The position numbers were made by a program, and so were the translations under genes. A stretch of DNA of 64,000 bases from a virus, in IMG/VR virus record IMGVR_UViG_3300032053_000008. One strand, given 5' to 3'. Positions 17,576 through 27,429 of this stretch are shown one piece after another. The notes below the pieces were generated by a model. The model worked only from the letters and a program-made list of their open reading frames with translations, had not been told where the DNA came from and ran no database searches. How positions within the stretch are numbered: position 1 is the stretch's first letter; each line of letters starts with the position of its first letter.

Positions 17576-19032
17576 ATGAGCAAACTGATTGAAAAGTTAG
17601 ATGAATATTTTAAAAGTGATGACGACCTGGATTTTCGAGTCGAATTACAAGAAGTATACCCAAAACTACGGGCCGTAATATTAGCCGCTCAAAATGTCCA
17701 ACTAGCACTAAAACCAAATCCAAAACGTATAAATAATGTTCAAACGCGCCTAGAGGCTATAGAAGCAATCAACAAGCTAACCGATACTTTAGAAGCAATG
17801 GAAAAAAACGCATGAATTACATTCGTATTGGACGCTTTGAAATATACAAAATTGATGGTTGGCACCCTTACTTTAAGGGTTTTTGCGGTTGTCGATTTTT
17901 CCATGGTTTTGGTATTGGCATCACACTTTTAAGTGATGAATGTCGCAATTCACGTACAGAGGAAGATTTATGACTACACTAGAACGCCTGAAACAGCTGG
18001 AAGCGAAAGCAACGCCAGGGCTGTGGGCCTATGCTATAGAATCTGGCGACTATTTTCTAATGACCGCCGACTACACCAACAATGTGGGATCAGATGAGGA
18101 TGTTGAGTTTATTGCTGAAATGCGCAACGTTTTACCTAAACTCCTTGCTGTGGTGGAAGCAGCTGCGGAACTAGAAGAATTATATCCCTATGTCAAACTC
18201 AGAAAAGCACTAGCAGAACTGGAGACAGTATGACTGTTGATGAAATTATCGAATACTTTGAAAAGACCGGTGCGCTGGGACCAAAAGGTTATGGACTTGC
18301 TGAACTACAATTGCGTACAGCTAAGCTGCTTAAAGCAGGACAAGCTATTAGGAATTCGGTAGATCCTTTCCAATTCAACCGACAATTGCTATTTGATAGC
18401 ATGGAAGCTTGGGACAAAGCTACAAAGGAGGATGTATGAGCGAGAAGTATTACGTGGTTAGTGAGAGTGAGTTAAACAGGTTAATAGGCGCATGGGCATT
18501 TACTACACCTGGCCCCCATAAACTTATAGCTACAGCACAAGCCTGCCGCGCGCGACCGCTAGATCCAGAGCACATGCCGGAACATATGTTTAAAGCGTTG
18601 TTGCACGTTAAAGGTTATTCACTGAAACAATACTAAAACAAAGACTAATATATTGGAGCCAAAATGACATGGTCACACAGAGTATATCATTTAAACGGCG
18701 TATATACCGTTAGAGAACACTACGAAGACGACCAAAGCAAATGTGTGGGTTTTAGTGGTCCACAGCAACCTATAGCCTTTAGTGAAGATCCAGACCAGCC
18801 ATTAGACCAGTTGCGGTGGCAATTAAACCAAATGCTAAAAGCTTTGGACAAACCTATCTTAGAGGATGTTGGCAGTCCTGTGACTATAAAGATCACTCAA
18901 GACGATCTACTTGAGGCATTTGGCAGAGCTTATTGTACTACCAAAAACAGACACAAAATGGTAGATTTAGTTTTAGGTTTGGCTTTGTGCGATGAACTGT
19001 TTGGGGTAGAAAAAGATGACACAGAAACATAA
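17576..19032 (+). CDS. six small hypothetical genes (17576-17815, 17812-17973, 17970-18233 Ead/Ea22-like, 18230-18439, 18436-18636, 18664-19032)
   Basis: Coupled starts; LEAKATPGLW..DVEFIAEMRNVLPKLL in 17970. Confidence 0.6.
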
Positions 19033-19624
19033 CTTTTACATAACTTCAGACTGGCATTGCCACCACAAAAACGTAATTGAGTTTGACCAAAGGCCATTTA
19101 CCGACCTAGACCACATGCATCGTGTGTTAATTAACAATTATAATGCCTGCTTACATGACTACGCTACCTGTTACTTCCTGGGCGACTTTTCTATGGGTTC
19201 AATAGAACAAACTAGGGACATAGTTAGCCAACTTAAAGGCACCAAGATCTTGATACTAGGCAACCATGACAGAAATGCCCCAGCTATGACCAGAGCAGGT
19301 TTTGACGCGGTTTTGTATATGGCATCGGTGGTTGTTGGCGGCAAACTAGTAACCATGACCCATTGCCCACTAAGGGGAATACCAAGAGAAGATGTTACTG
19401 GTATGAGGGGAGCGCAACCTGGCGACAATTGGTACGGTGAACAAAAACACAAAAACTTTAGTATACCTGACTGGGGCCAATATCATCTTCACGGACATTG
19501 CCATAAAAAACCTGAAGAAAAGACGCTTGACAGACAGTGGGATGTAGGTGTAAGAGCTAATAAGTATATGCCGGTATCATCTAGCCAGCTAGAAAGCTGG
19601 ATAACCTTAAGGGAGAAAGTATGA
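19016..19624 (+). CDS. calcineurin-like phosphoesterase
   Basis: TSDWH.HH.NVI...RPF, LGD, GNHD, THCP, HGHCH, DVGV. Confidence 0.9.
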   Translation: MTQKHNFYITSDWHCHHKNVIEFDQRPFTDLDHMHRVLINNYNACLHDYATCYFLGDFSMGSIEQTRDIVSQLKGTKILILGNHDRNAPAMTRAGFDAVLYMASVVVGGKLVTMTHCPLRGIPREDVTGMRGAQPGDNWYGEQKHKNFSIPDWGQYHLHGHCHKKPEEKTLDRQWDVGVRANKYMPVSSSQLESWITLREKV

Positions 19625-19917
19625 ACTTAGAAAGAGAAATCCTGCTTAAAGAACTGGAAGGTATGATCCAAGAGTTTGACGGTAACAACAGTGACCACGT
19701 TACTTTTAGAACTTTTAGATTAACTAGCTGGTTAGAACAATTTGACTCACCTATAAGCGGTGAAATCATATCGGCTTTACGTGCTGCATCTGAAATGCGT
19801 CAGGCAATCAATGTTGGCTATCATGAACCAGTGTTTTTTGTTAAAGAGGTGGTACTAGACAAGCTATCTGCTGCCGCTTTAGATTTTGATGATGTTTTGA
19901 ATGGACTTACGCGATAA
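19621..19917 (+). CDS. small paralog-family protein
   Basis: EIISALRAASEMR. Confidence 0.65.
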   Translation: MNLEREILLKELEGMIQEFDGNNSDHVTFRTFRLTSWLEQFDSPISGEIISALRAASEMRQAINVGYHEPVFFVKEVVLDKLSAAALDFDDVLNGLTR

Positions 19918-19930
19918 AAAAGGACACAAT

Positions 19931-20185
19931 ATGAGCGGCGGACTAGAGTGGGCTTACGACCAGCAAAACGAAAAAGAGCTAAGAGAAGCTAAAGCCAAGT
20001 TTGATGCTGTTAGCCCTAGTGAAGCAAAAGAGATCTTGCTAGCACTAAATCGCCTACAAAACGAATCTATGACCCGTAGCGGACATCACCAGGTAGACGA
20101 AAAAAACCGCTGCTTGGTGCAGGATAAAAACCACCCGCACCAGCTTGACTGGCAGCTGTGTCCCATGTTGTGCCAATCTGAATAA
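19931..20185 (+). CDS. hypothetical protein; 3' end overlaps the convergent collar gene
   Basis: AAGGA RBS, MSGGLEWAY start. Confidence 0.5.
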   Translation: MSGGLEWAYDQQNEKELREAKAKFDAVSPSEAKEILLALNRLQNESMTRSGHHQVDEKNRCLVQDKNHPHQLDWQLCPMLCQSE

Positions 20186-20351
20186 AAAGGTCTGGGTAGT
20201 CTGTTTGACTAACTACAGAACCATCACACAAAGCCCAGCCATTAGGTGGGGTAGTGCCAGCAAAAGGTTGAATCATACCAGCTTTAGCTGGGGATTGCAC
20301 ATTAGAAGTAAATACGGCTGTATTGGAGTTAGACGATAAAGATATAGCCAT
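20067..20351 (-). CDS. stand-alone phage tail collar domain protein
   Basis: GMIQPFAG..PPNGWALCDGS.VS..YPDLF..IGTTW..FRLP. Confidence 0.8.
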   Translation of the reverse strand: MAISLSSNSNTAVFTSNVQSPAKAGMIQPFAGTTPPNGWALCDGSVVSQTDYPDLFIQIGTTWDTAASQAGAGGFYPAPSSGFFRLPGDVRYGS

Positions 20352-20375
20352 ATGTTAGCCCTTTAGGGGTAAAAA

Positions 20376-22046
20376 TTAAGCAATGCGGACGGCTTTGATG
20401 TAGTTGCTTGACGAATAGGTGGCACCACCCAACACAGAGTAGGTAATTGTCGATACTAAGTACACAGGTGTGTTTGATGTTACGTTGAATCGCCTAGTTC
20501 CAGTTGTTGAAAGAAAAGCTTGGTTAATTGGACAGAGAGATTGAAAACCAGACATCTGAGACCAACCTCCTTTGGTCAAAGAGTCTATTCCGTTGTTAGT
20601 AGAGGAGATACCCCAAGCAGCCTGGGTCCACGCGGTTGTTGCTCCCGCCACCACATAATATCCACCTTGAACTTCCCAAATGCCAGGAGTTAAGGTCACA
20701 CCGCATATGCTTGTATTAGCTGTCGAGGAATCGATTGTGGTGGAGCCTAAAGTTCCACCGCTAGCTTCAAGCGTCTCTCCAACAAAACCGCTTCCTGCGG
20801 TTATAATAGAAGTTATCTTGGCTGACGCCGTTTGCCCTTTAACCATTGCTCCAGTCGAGCCAAACCGAGCAATCGCATTACCTCCGTTAAAGGCAGTAAT
20901 TTCACCGGGATCGCTTAAAGCTATACCGCTTTGCCGATCACCAAAAGCTATACCAGGGAAAGTTTTCGAGAAGTTAACGACAGACGCAGTGGATTGGTCA
21001 TAAAAAGCTACAAACTTGGACATGGGGCGTACCATACCAAAAGTACCGCTAAAACTAGCACCAGCAAACCAAGAAGTATTGGCACTAGCAAAAGTGGTGT
21101 AAAGACTATTAACAGATATTTCCCATGTCTGAAAAAAACCACTAAAAGCAATTATTGCGTACAGCTCGTTAGAAGTACCTGACACAGGGTTAGTCCAAGT
21201 TACCCCGTTGTTGGTAGAGCAAATGATACTACCGCTCTCACCAACCGCCGTCAAAAAAGTACCACCAAAAGCAACGCCGTTTAAACTTCTATTGGAAAAC
21301 GCCGCCACGGTTTGAGCAGTCCATGTACCATTACCTGTAGCAACAGAACACGTAGCCACACTAGTAGTAGTTCCAGGAACCCCTCCAACAGCACAATATA
21401 CGCTACCATTCCACGCAATAGCCTTAAAGGTGGTTGAGGCGTTGGTTGGTAGTGTCTGTAGACTAAATGTTATCCCATCTACACTAGACGCTATATAGTT
21501 CCCGCTTGACAAAACAAACAAAACGTTGTTTACACTATACAAACGGTTAGGAATACCGCCGCCAGGGGTACCGGGCAAGGTTACTGCCGAACTCCAAGTA
21601 GCACCGTTGTCAGAACTATACGAAGTTTGAGTGTTTCCTAGAGCTACCCACTTACCGGCTACCCATTGGACACCTCGTATAATAGCAAAAGGGGTAGTAC
21701 CAACTTGGGACCAAGAATATGAATCACGCGACCAATAAAGGGCATTGGTTCCAGTACTGCAAGCCATGTAGCCGCCAGCACCTTGAGCTATGTCGGTAAC
21801 TGCAAAGCTAGGAATAACTGATCTGGAACTATAGGTTTGAATAGTACCAATTACTGTTGGAACATCCCCGTTTGGATCAAAAGTGTTACCCGACACTACT
21901 TGTTCTATACCAGTAGAGGCTTGCCTATAATATAACTGACCGCTACGATTCACTAAACCAGTAAAACCTGTAGCTACGTTGCTAGGGTTAGTATTACTAA
22001 TATCTCGGAATATAGCTTGCTCAAAGCCTTTGCCTATAAATGCCAT
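20376..22046 (-). CDS. tail fibre/receptor-binding protein with BNR/beta-propeller-like repeats
   Basis: S.D.G.TW Asp-box repeats; shared C-terminal GFVGE..LTPG.W..RIA module. Confidence 0.7.
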   Translation of the reverse strand: MAFIGKGFEQAIFRDISNTNPSNVATGFTGLVNRSGQLYYRQASTGIEQVVSGNTFDPNGDVPTVIGTIQTYSSRSVIPSFAVTDIAQGAGGYMACSTGTNALYWSRDSYSWSQVGTTPFAIIRGVQWVAGKWVALGNTQTSYSSDNGATWSSAVTLPGTPGGGIPNRLYSVNNVLFVLSSGNYIASSVDGITFSLQTLPTNASTTFKAIAWNGSVYCAVGGVPGTTTSVATCSVATGNGTWTAQTVAAFSNRSLNGVAFGGTFLTAVGESGSIICSTNNGVTWTNPVSGTSNELYAIIAFSGFFQTWEISVNSLYTTFASANTSWFAGASFSGTFGMVRPMSKFVAFYDQSTASVVNFSKTFPGIAFGDRQSGIALSDPGEITAFNGGNAIARFGSTGAMVKGQTASAKITSIITAGSGFVGETLEASGGTLGSTTIDSSTANTSICGVTLTPGIWEVQGGYYVVAGATTAWTQAAWGISSTNNGIDSLTKGGWSQMSGFQSLCPINQAFLSTTGTRRFNVTSNTPVYLVSTITYSVLGGATYSSSNYIKAVRIA

Positions 22047-22055
22047 AAAAACTCC

Positions 22056-22835
22056 TTAGATTATAAACCAATCAGTTCCATCACACACAACAGTAATACT
22101 TTCATAAGCGGCGCGCATAACGTAAGCATTAACGCCACTTACGCCATCTATATTATTTGTTGCCAAAAGATAGATAGGTACATTTGGCGCATTGCCGCCT
22201 TTGTCTTTGATGTAAACCACTAAACCAGCCGCTTCAGTAGGCAGTTGAGCATAATAGTAGTTACCATTAGCGAGAGATGTATCGATAAGATTGTAACTAT
22301 TTGATACTAAAGATACAAAAGCTGGAGACCCAGTAGAGCTGATAGTATTAACGCCCGGTGAGGTAGATCCGCCAATTTGTGTTTCTACTCCAGCTGAAGA
22401 CTTTTTGTACAAATTACCATCAGTTTTGAAATATAAACGATTGTCTCCGCTACCAGGACTGGCTGGACTAGACGATTGTAAAGTAAAGTCACCAAACGTA
22501 TTAAAGATTGCTCCACCTATTGTGCTTAGTCCAACGGAAGCCGCTGAAGTAATATCACTGTAAGGCTTAATGATATATTGTCGGGTAATCCCATCAATAA
22601 CGATACTAATACTAGGCAAGTTAAAAGTCGTACTACCATTACCTACACCATAAGTTGTGCCTATAGCTGCAAAAAGCTCGCTATAAGTTGTTCTTGACAC
22701 AGCTGATCCATCACAATAAAGCCAGCCGTTAGGTAAACTTGCTCCAGCCATAAGCGTAATAAAACCAGCCTTGTCCGGGGCAGCTGAGCCCTGGTAAGTG
22801 GTGGTATATTGTTTACTGGACTGATTGATAGGCAT
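22056..22835 (-). CDS. tail collar domain / tail fibre protein
   Basis: GWLYCDGSAVSRTTYSELFAAIGTTYG.G.GSTTFNLP. Confidence 0.85.
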   Translation of the reverse strand: MPINQSSKQYTTTYQGSAAPDKAGFITLMAGASLPNGWLYCDGSAVSRTTYSELFAAIGTTYGVGNGSTTFNLPSISIVIDGITRQYIIKPYSDITSAASVGLSTIGGAIFNTFGDFTLQSSSPASPGSGDNRLYFKTDGNLYKKSSAGVETQIGGSTSPGVNTISSTGSPAFVSLVSNSYNLIDTSLANGNYYYAQLPTEAAGLVVYIKDKGGNAPNVPIYLLATNNIDGVSGVNAYVMRAAYESITVVCDGTDWFII

Positions 22836-22900
22836 ATGTTAGTCCTTTCGGATTATTAGATTAAGCGATATAAATAGACGGTCTTCTTGCATGTTGTCAC

Positions 22901-22920
22901 GCCTCCTCAAGCGCGGGAGG
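22901..22920 (-). terminator. GC-rich hairpin downstream of tail-fibre gene
   Basis: CCTCC..GGAGG inverted repeat; no clear U tract. Confidence 0.3.
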
Positions 22921-22926
22921 GTTGTG

Positions 22927-24762
22927 TTAGGCGATGCGTATGGCTTCAAAAATCATGTTGGCACTACTAGTGCTTGGTGCTGTGCCGGTGTAGTCACTCG
23001 AAACAGTTAAGTATACAGTGGTGCCTGCGGTGTTAACGTACCTATCAGTCTTTATTGACCTTGCGTAAGTTATTCCAGTAGACAGGTCATCAACAAAAGT
23101 TACAGTGTCTAATGTTGCAGATGTAGTGCTTATACTTGACCGAACCCTTGTCATGGTTGTACCTGATACACCTACAACCACCTTACCCCGCACCAACCAC
23201 ACACCTGCGGTTAAGGTTAGAGAGCCCGCATTATAAGTTGTTGCGGTTAAAGCTATTGCAACGTCACTTAAAGTAACTGTAAGCTTCTCCCCAACATACC
23301 CAGCGCTAATAGCAGCACCAGTCGTCAAGCCCGGCGCTTGGCCAGCTTTATACAGCCCACTACTACCGTCTGTGCCCGCGAGACCGAAGCCGACTGGGGA
23401 GGATGCTTTAGCTTTGCGTACTCGCCAGCGGTAGGTTTGAATACCTGCATTGTTCCAATCAGTACCAGCAGTACCATATCCACCAGTAGCTGCGGCATAT
23501 CGACCAAAAGCTACAGTTACGTCTGTACTGTTGACAAAAGCTACATCTAGTCCAACACCAAATGATGTACCGTTTTGGTTTACAAATGTTAACAAACCAT
23601 TAGCAAAGTTGGCCGTTTCAATAGGTTGCCAAACACCGCTACTTTTTTGCACCTCTAAAAATAAAACATCATCTGCCTGTATAGGGTATTGAAACCTAAC
23701 AGCTTTAGTAAAAAATGTTGTTGCCGCACCAGTCGGCATAATACTGCCGTTTGGCCCATATACTGAAGTGGCTATCGTAGCTGCACCGGTTACTGTAACA
23801 TCTGAATTTGATACATATTCTTGTTGAGCACCAGCGCCTAAATTTACGGTACCCGACGAAGCCCATTCCGCGATGGGGACCATAACTTCCACTGTTACTG
23901 CCGTGGAAGTGCCTATAGCTGCAGGGAGGGTGTTACTCCAAGCACCCGTTATATTTGGTCCGTACAATTGAATTGCTGTGCTTGTGGCGAGATATGTTGA
24001 GCCCACATACACCAAGCCGGTGCTAACATTCGTCCATGCGCAGGTGCCTAGTGTCGGGGTCGCCGATGGCAGTCTAGACGTGTCAACTGTAAACCCAGTA
24101 GGCAGGTTTATTTGTAAGGTGGTTGCTCCCGTTGTGTTAGTTACCGCAACCCTTGCCCGAAGAAGCATGCTACTGCCAATTCTTTGATATTGACCTGCTA
24201 CAGTAGGAGAAGTACCGAAGCCAGACACTGTAAGTATTGAAGAGCAGTTAACCCACTCACTCACCGCCGCGCCCTGTACAGGTATACTAGTTCCAACGGT
24301 GACGCCACTAAGGTATATCTGCTTGCCTGAGGCAGCAGACTTAAAGCGAATGTTATAGGTAGCGCCTTTAACCAAAGTAACCGAAAAGTTAAATGGCAAA
24401 CCAAGGACATTACCAACTAAACTAGGGGCTGGCAAAGTGATCTGGGTAGCTCCTTGCCATAATTCCACGGTCCAGTTACTGGCAGTTGTGTCATTGGTTT
24501 CATAATAAAAACTACACCCAACTAGTTCACCAACGCCATTAGGCACAGTAAAGCTAGTAGCGCCATAGCCGCCACCAGAAGTCACGTCAATTTTAATACT
24601 GGTAGTTCTAATAGGAAAAGCTGGGATAAAAGCCGAAGCCGTATTAGTTGTAACAGTAGCTGATGTACCAGCCCAGCCAGCACTTGAATCAGATCCAGTA
24701 ATAAAGTTCAATACGCTTGACGGCGTTTGAGCTAAGGCGTTGATATCAGTAAGTAAAGCCAT
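22927..24762 (-). CDS. tail fibre protein
   Basis: Gly/Thr/Ser-rich beta protein with shared C-terminal RIA module. Confidence 0.7.
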   Translation of the reverse strand: MALLTDINALAQTPSSVLNFITGSDSSAGWAGTSATVTTNTASAFIPAFPIRTTSIKIDVTSGGGYGATSFTVPNGVGELVGCSFYYETNDTTASNWTVELWQGATQITLPAPSLVGNVLGLPFNFSVTLVKGATYNIRFKSAASGKQIYLSGVTVGTSIPVQGAAVSEWVNCSSILTVSGFGTSPTVAGQYQRIGSSMLLRARVAVTNTTGATTLQINLPTGFTVDTSRLPSATPTLGTCAWTNVSTGLVYVGSTYLATSTAIQLYGPNITGAWSNTLPAAIGTSTAVTVEVMVPIAEWASSGTVNLGAGAQQEYVSNSDVTVTGAATIATSVYGPNGSIMPTGAATTFFTKAVRFQYPIQADDVLFLEVQKSSGVWQPIETANFANGLLTFVNQNGTSFGVGLDVAFVNSTDVTVAFGRYAAATGGYGTAGTDWNNAGIQTYRWRVRKAKASSPVGFGLAGTDGSSGLYKAGQAPGLTTGAAISAGYVGEKLTVTLSDVAIALTATTYNAGSLTLTAGVWLVRGKVVVGVSGTTMTRVRSSISTTSATLDTVTFVDDLSTGITYARSIKTDRYVNTAGTTVYLTVSSDYTGTAPSTSSANMIFEAIRIA

Positions 24763-24763
24763 T

Positions 24764-25114
24764 TTATAGCCCCAAGTCTTGTCGAGTTACTGGTAAGTTC
24801 ATAACTAGTTTCTTTTCAGTTTGAGACATTTCGTCCCAAGTCTTACTAAGAAGATTAGTCTTTAATAGTGAGGTTGCTTCGGCAATTTGTGCAACAGTTA
24901 CGTAGCTTTGCGCTTCACTAGATTCGGCAGATAATGAATCCCAATAGGATTCAACTGCAGATGCTGTCTCTGATGAAGGCTCTTCTGAAAACCAAAGCGT
25001 CAGTTGATAGTCGGCAGAGTTTCCAACATAAGTTGAAAGTTGAGCCTTTGCCCAAACATCTACTAACTGCAAATTAACGCTGAATAATTTCCAAGGAAGT
25101 TGAATCGAATACAT
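24764..25114 (-). CDS. putative tail-fibre assembly/chaperone protein
   Basis: Small helical protein between fibre genes (positional inference). Confidence 0.45.
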   Translation of the reverse strand: MYSIQLPWKLFSVNLQLVDVWAKAQLSTYVGNSADYQLTLWFSEEPSSETASAVESYWDSLSAESSEAQSYVTVAQIAEATSLLKTNLLSKTWDEMSQTEKKLVMNLPVTRQDLGL

Positions 25115-25115
25115 A

Positions 25116-27395
25116 TTATAGCTCCTGAACTGTTAAAATTCTTGGCGTGTCTGAAATTGTTCCTGTACCAGATCCAACCGACCAATAAACATCAACCTTA
25201 TGAACTCCAGCACTTACAGGAACAATTGAAGTGAAGGACAATTGCATATCTAGCCCGTTTGTCGCAGACCTATTGTAAGTTCCGTTATTAACAACCACTC
25301 CATCAACCACAAAAAAGACAGACAGTCTTTGCGGTGTCACACTCACATTCGCAGTTAAAACAGTGAGCATCTGAATAGGATTACCCGAAGTTTTAATAGT
25401 GCAAGACATATCAAGCATGGGTACACCAGGAGATCCAGTAATTGTAGTAGTTTGAGACGAACCAACACCAACTGCCTGAGCCCAATTAGTTAAAGTCTTA
25501 ACCGATGTCGAACTGAATTTTCTGCTATCACCAATCGCGCATGATCCGACAAGTAACGTGTTTTGAATATCACCAGGAAGATTTGATTTTGGCGAATGGA
25601 TTGGACTGATGACATTAAAAGCATCAGCATAGAGAACGTCTGCGGCACCAGTGTTCCATGTTATTCTGAGTTTATGAACACCAAAGGTGAGATTATTGAC
25701 CGACCAAAGTCCGCCTGCATAGCCATTAGGATTTGTACCTGCAGCGGTTCCCGACAAAAGGCCAGTCGATGCGTTATACGTTAGTCCCGACCCTGTATAG
25801 GTAAACGTAGACCCAGTAGCTGCGGCTCCATCAATTAAAAACGTATAGTTATAAGCAACGTTGCCTAAAAGCGGCCTATACTCTATACCAGTGCCGACAA
25901 ACGTTAACTCAACATATGAAGCAGACGTGTTGCTTCGAATATTAAACCCACCAGCAAATCCAGTGTCAAACGCCTGAATCGCCCATGTCCCTGAATAAAC
26001 AGCTTCCCTTATAAGCATTTTCCGCAATACCCCAGGAGAAACCACTGCGGCACTTCCGTAAGTTATATTTGGACTATAGTCGGCCATATCATAATAATCA
26101 GCCAACTCAACACATCCTGCAGGCAAAGCTGGCTTAGATGGACCGTAAATCGTAAAAGACCTAAATTGAGGCACATTGTTTACAAAGGCATTTCTTGTAA
26201 ATCTGTAGGTATGCGTTCCATAAGGAAGACCTGATACAACTTTTACTCTTGTATATGTGGAAGTTCCTAATCCAGTGGACACGTAAGCATTCGATGTAAC
26301 TCCATCAATTAAATGAGTACAGGAATCAAGCGTTCCTGGCTCATTGATATCAATATCAAGGCCAGTCCCGACAAAAGTAAGTGTAAGAAGAGCGCCACTA
26401 GCAAAAAGACTTAAAGAGTCTATCCCATTACTTGTATTCATTCGCGAGTTGTTGGCGACCAAAGTAGTCGTCCCATCATCAAGGGTGAAAGCTGCGTTAA
26501 TGTTTGAATTTCCTATTAAAGAAAAATCATCACTACGACCTGCTCCAAACTCTCTGATAGAAATTGTCCTGATCACTTCTTCATTTGTATGAGACGCAGC
26601 CGTCAGGTTTCCTTGTGTTACTTCAGTATAGCGAATGTCTTTCGCAATCGTCCCATCAGATTTCTGATAAACCAAAACATGACCGCCCTTAGATCCTGCG
26701 GTGCCATAGACGTTGGTAAATCCTGAAGTTGGAGAAGATGTTGTCAAAGCTGGAGCGTAAAGACGTTTTCCACCAAGATAGGAAGTGCCAGGAGTTTGTT
26801 GAAGAGTGGAGTTGGTGTTAAGAACTTCGTAGCCGAATAACCTAAATGCTGAAGAGGTTAATTTAACTGTGTGTAAACCCAAAGTAAGACCTGATACAGC
26901 GTTTACTACTGCGTTCATACTATAATTTCTTGAATCTAAAACAAAAGAAAATGATGCTGGCATAAAGTTTGCGCCAGCAGCACCACCGTCCACAGCCGCA
27001 GTCGCAGAGGTATTATTTCTTACTAATAAATTAAGGCCAGTTCCATAAAAAGTTACTTCAAAATAATCAGTTCCACTAGATGATAGTTGATTGCCAGCAG
27101 CTCCTATGCTTGATGCCCAATCACCCACAAACCTCACCTGATCCATCTGATCATTGATCGGCTTGAATACCATCTCCCCGTTCGGCCCACTCTCGCCTTG
27201 GACTTCCATGATCTGCTGCGTCATCACCCGGCTGATGCCAAACCTTGGCAGTAAGTCTTGACTAAAGTCAGTGCACTGCGCCCTTTTGACCACGGTCGTA
27301 TTGGGACAGTTTATTTTTGGCAGATAGACAACAGGGTTTAGCTGGGTGGCTAAAGCGCTATCTACGTCTTTATTAAATACTGATATCTTTGACAT
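25116..27395 (-). CDS. tail fibre / carbohydrate-binding-like virion protein
   Basis: Three repeats of 'TF.GTG...IDG...L..G.H' jelly-roll-like domains. Confidence 0.65.
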   Translation of the reverse strand: MSKISVFNKDVDSALATQLNPVVYLPKINCPNTTVVKRAQCTDFSQDLLPRFGISRVMTQQIMEVQGESGPNGEMVFKPINDQMDQVRFVGDWASSIGAAGNQLSSSGTDYFEVTFYGTGLNLLVRNNTSATAAVDGGAAGANFMPASFSFVLDSRNYSMNAVVNAVSGLTLGLHTVKLTSSAFRLFGYEVLNTNSTLQQTPGTSYLGGKRLYAPALTTSSPTSGFTNVYGTAGSKGGHVLVYQKSDGTIAKDIRYTEVTQGNLTAASHTNEEVIRTISIREFGAGRSDDFSLIGNSNINAAFTLDDGTTTLVANNSRMNTSNGIDSLSLFASGALLTLTFVGTGLDIDINEPGTLDSCTHLIDGVTSNAYVSTGLGTSTYTRVKVVSGLPYGTHTYRFTRNAFVNNVPQFRSFTIYGPSKPALPAGCVELADYYDMADYSPNITYGSAAVVSPGVLRKMLIREAVYSGTWAIQAFDTGFAGGFNIRSNTSASYVELTFVGTGIEYRPLLGNVAYNYTFLIDGAAATGSTFTYTGSGLTYNASTGLLSGTAAGTNPNGYAGGLWSVNNLTFGVHKLRITWNTGAADVLYADAFNVISPIHSPKSNLPGDIQNTLLVGSCAIGDSRKFSSTSVKTLTNWAQAVGVGSSQTTTITGSPGVPMLDMSCTIKTSGNPIQMLTVLTANVSVTPQRLSVFFVVDGVVVNNGTYNRSATNGLDMQLSFTSIVPVSAGVHKVDVYWSVGSGTGTISDTPRILTVQEL

Positions 27396-27429
27396 ATTTT
27401 CGTCTCCTTTGGAGATTATAGATTAGAGA

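Noticed and set aside
24960-25000. Hammerhead-like CTGATGA...GAAA
   Set aside because: Weak stems and antisense to a coding gene
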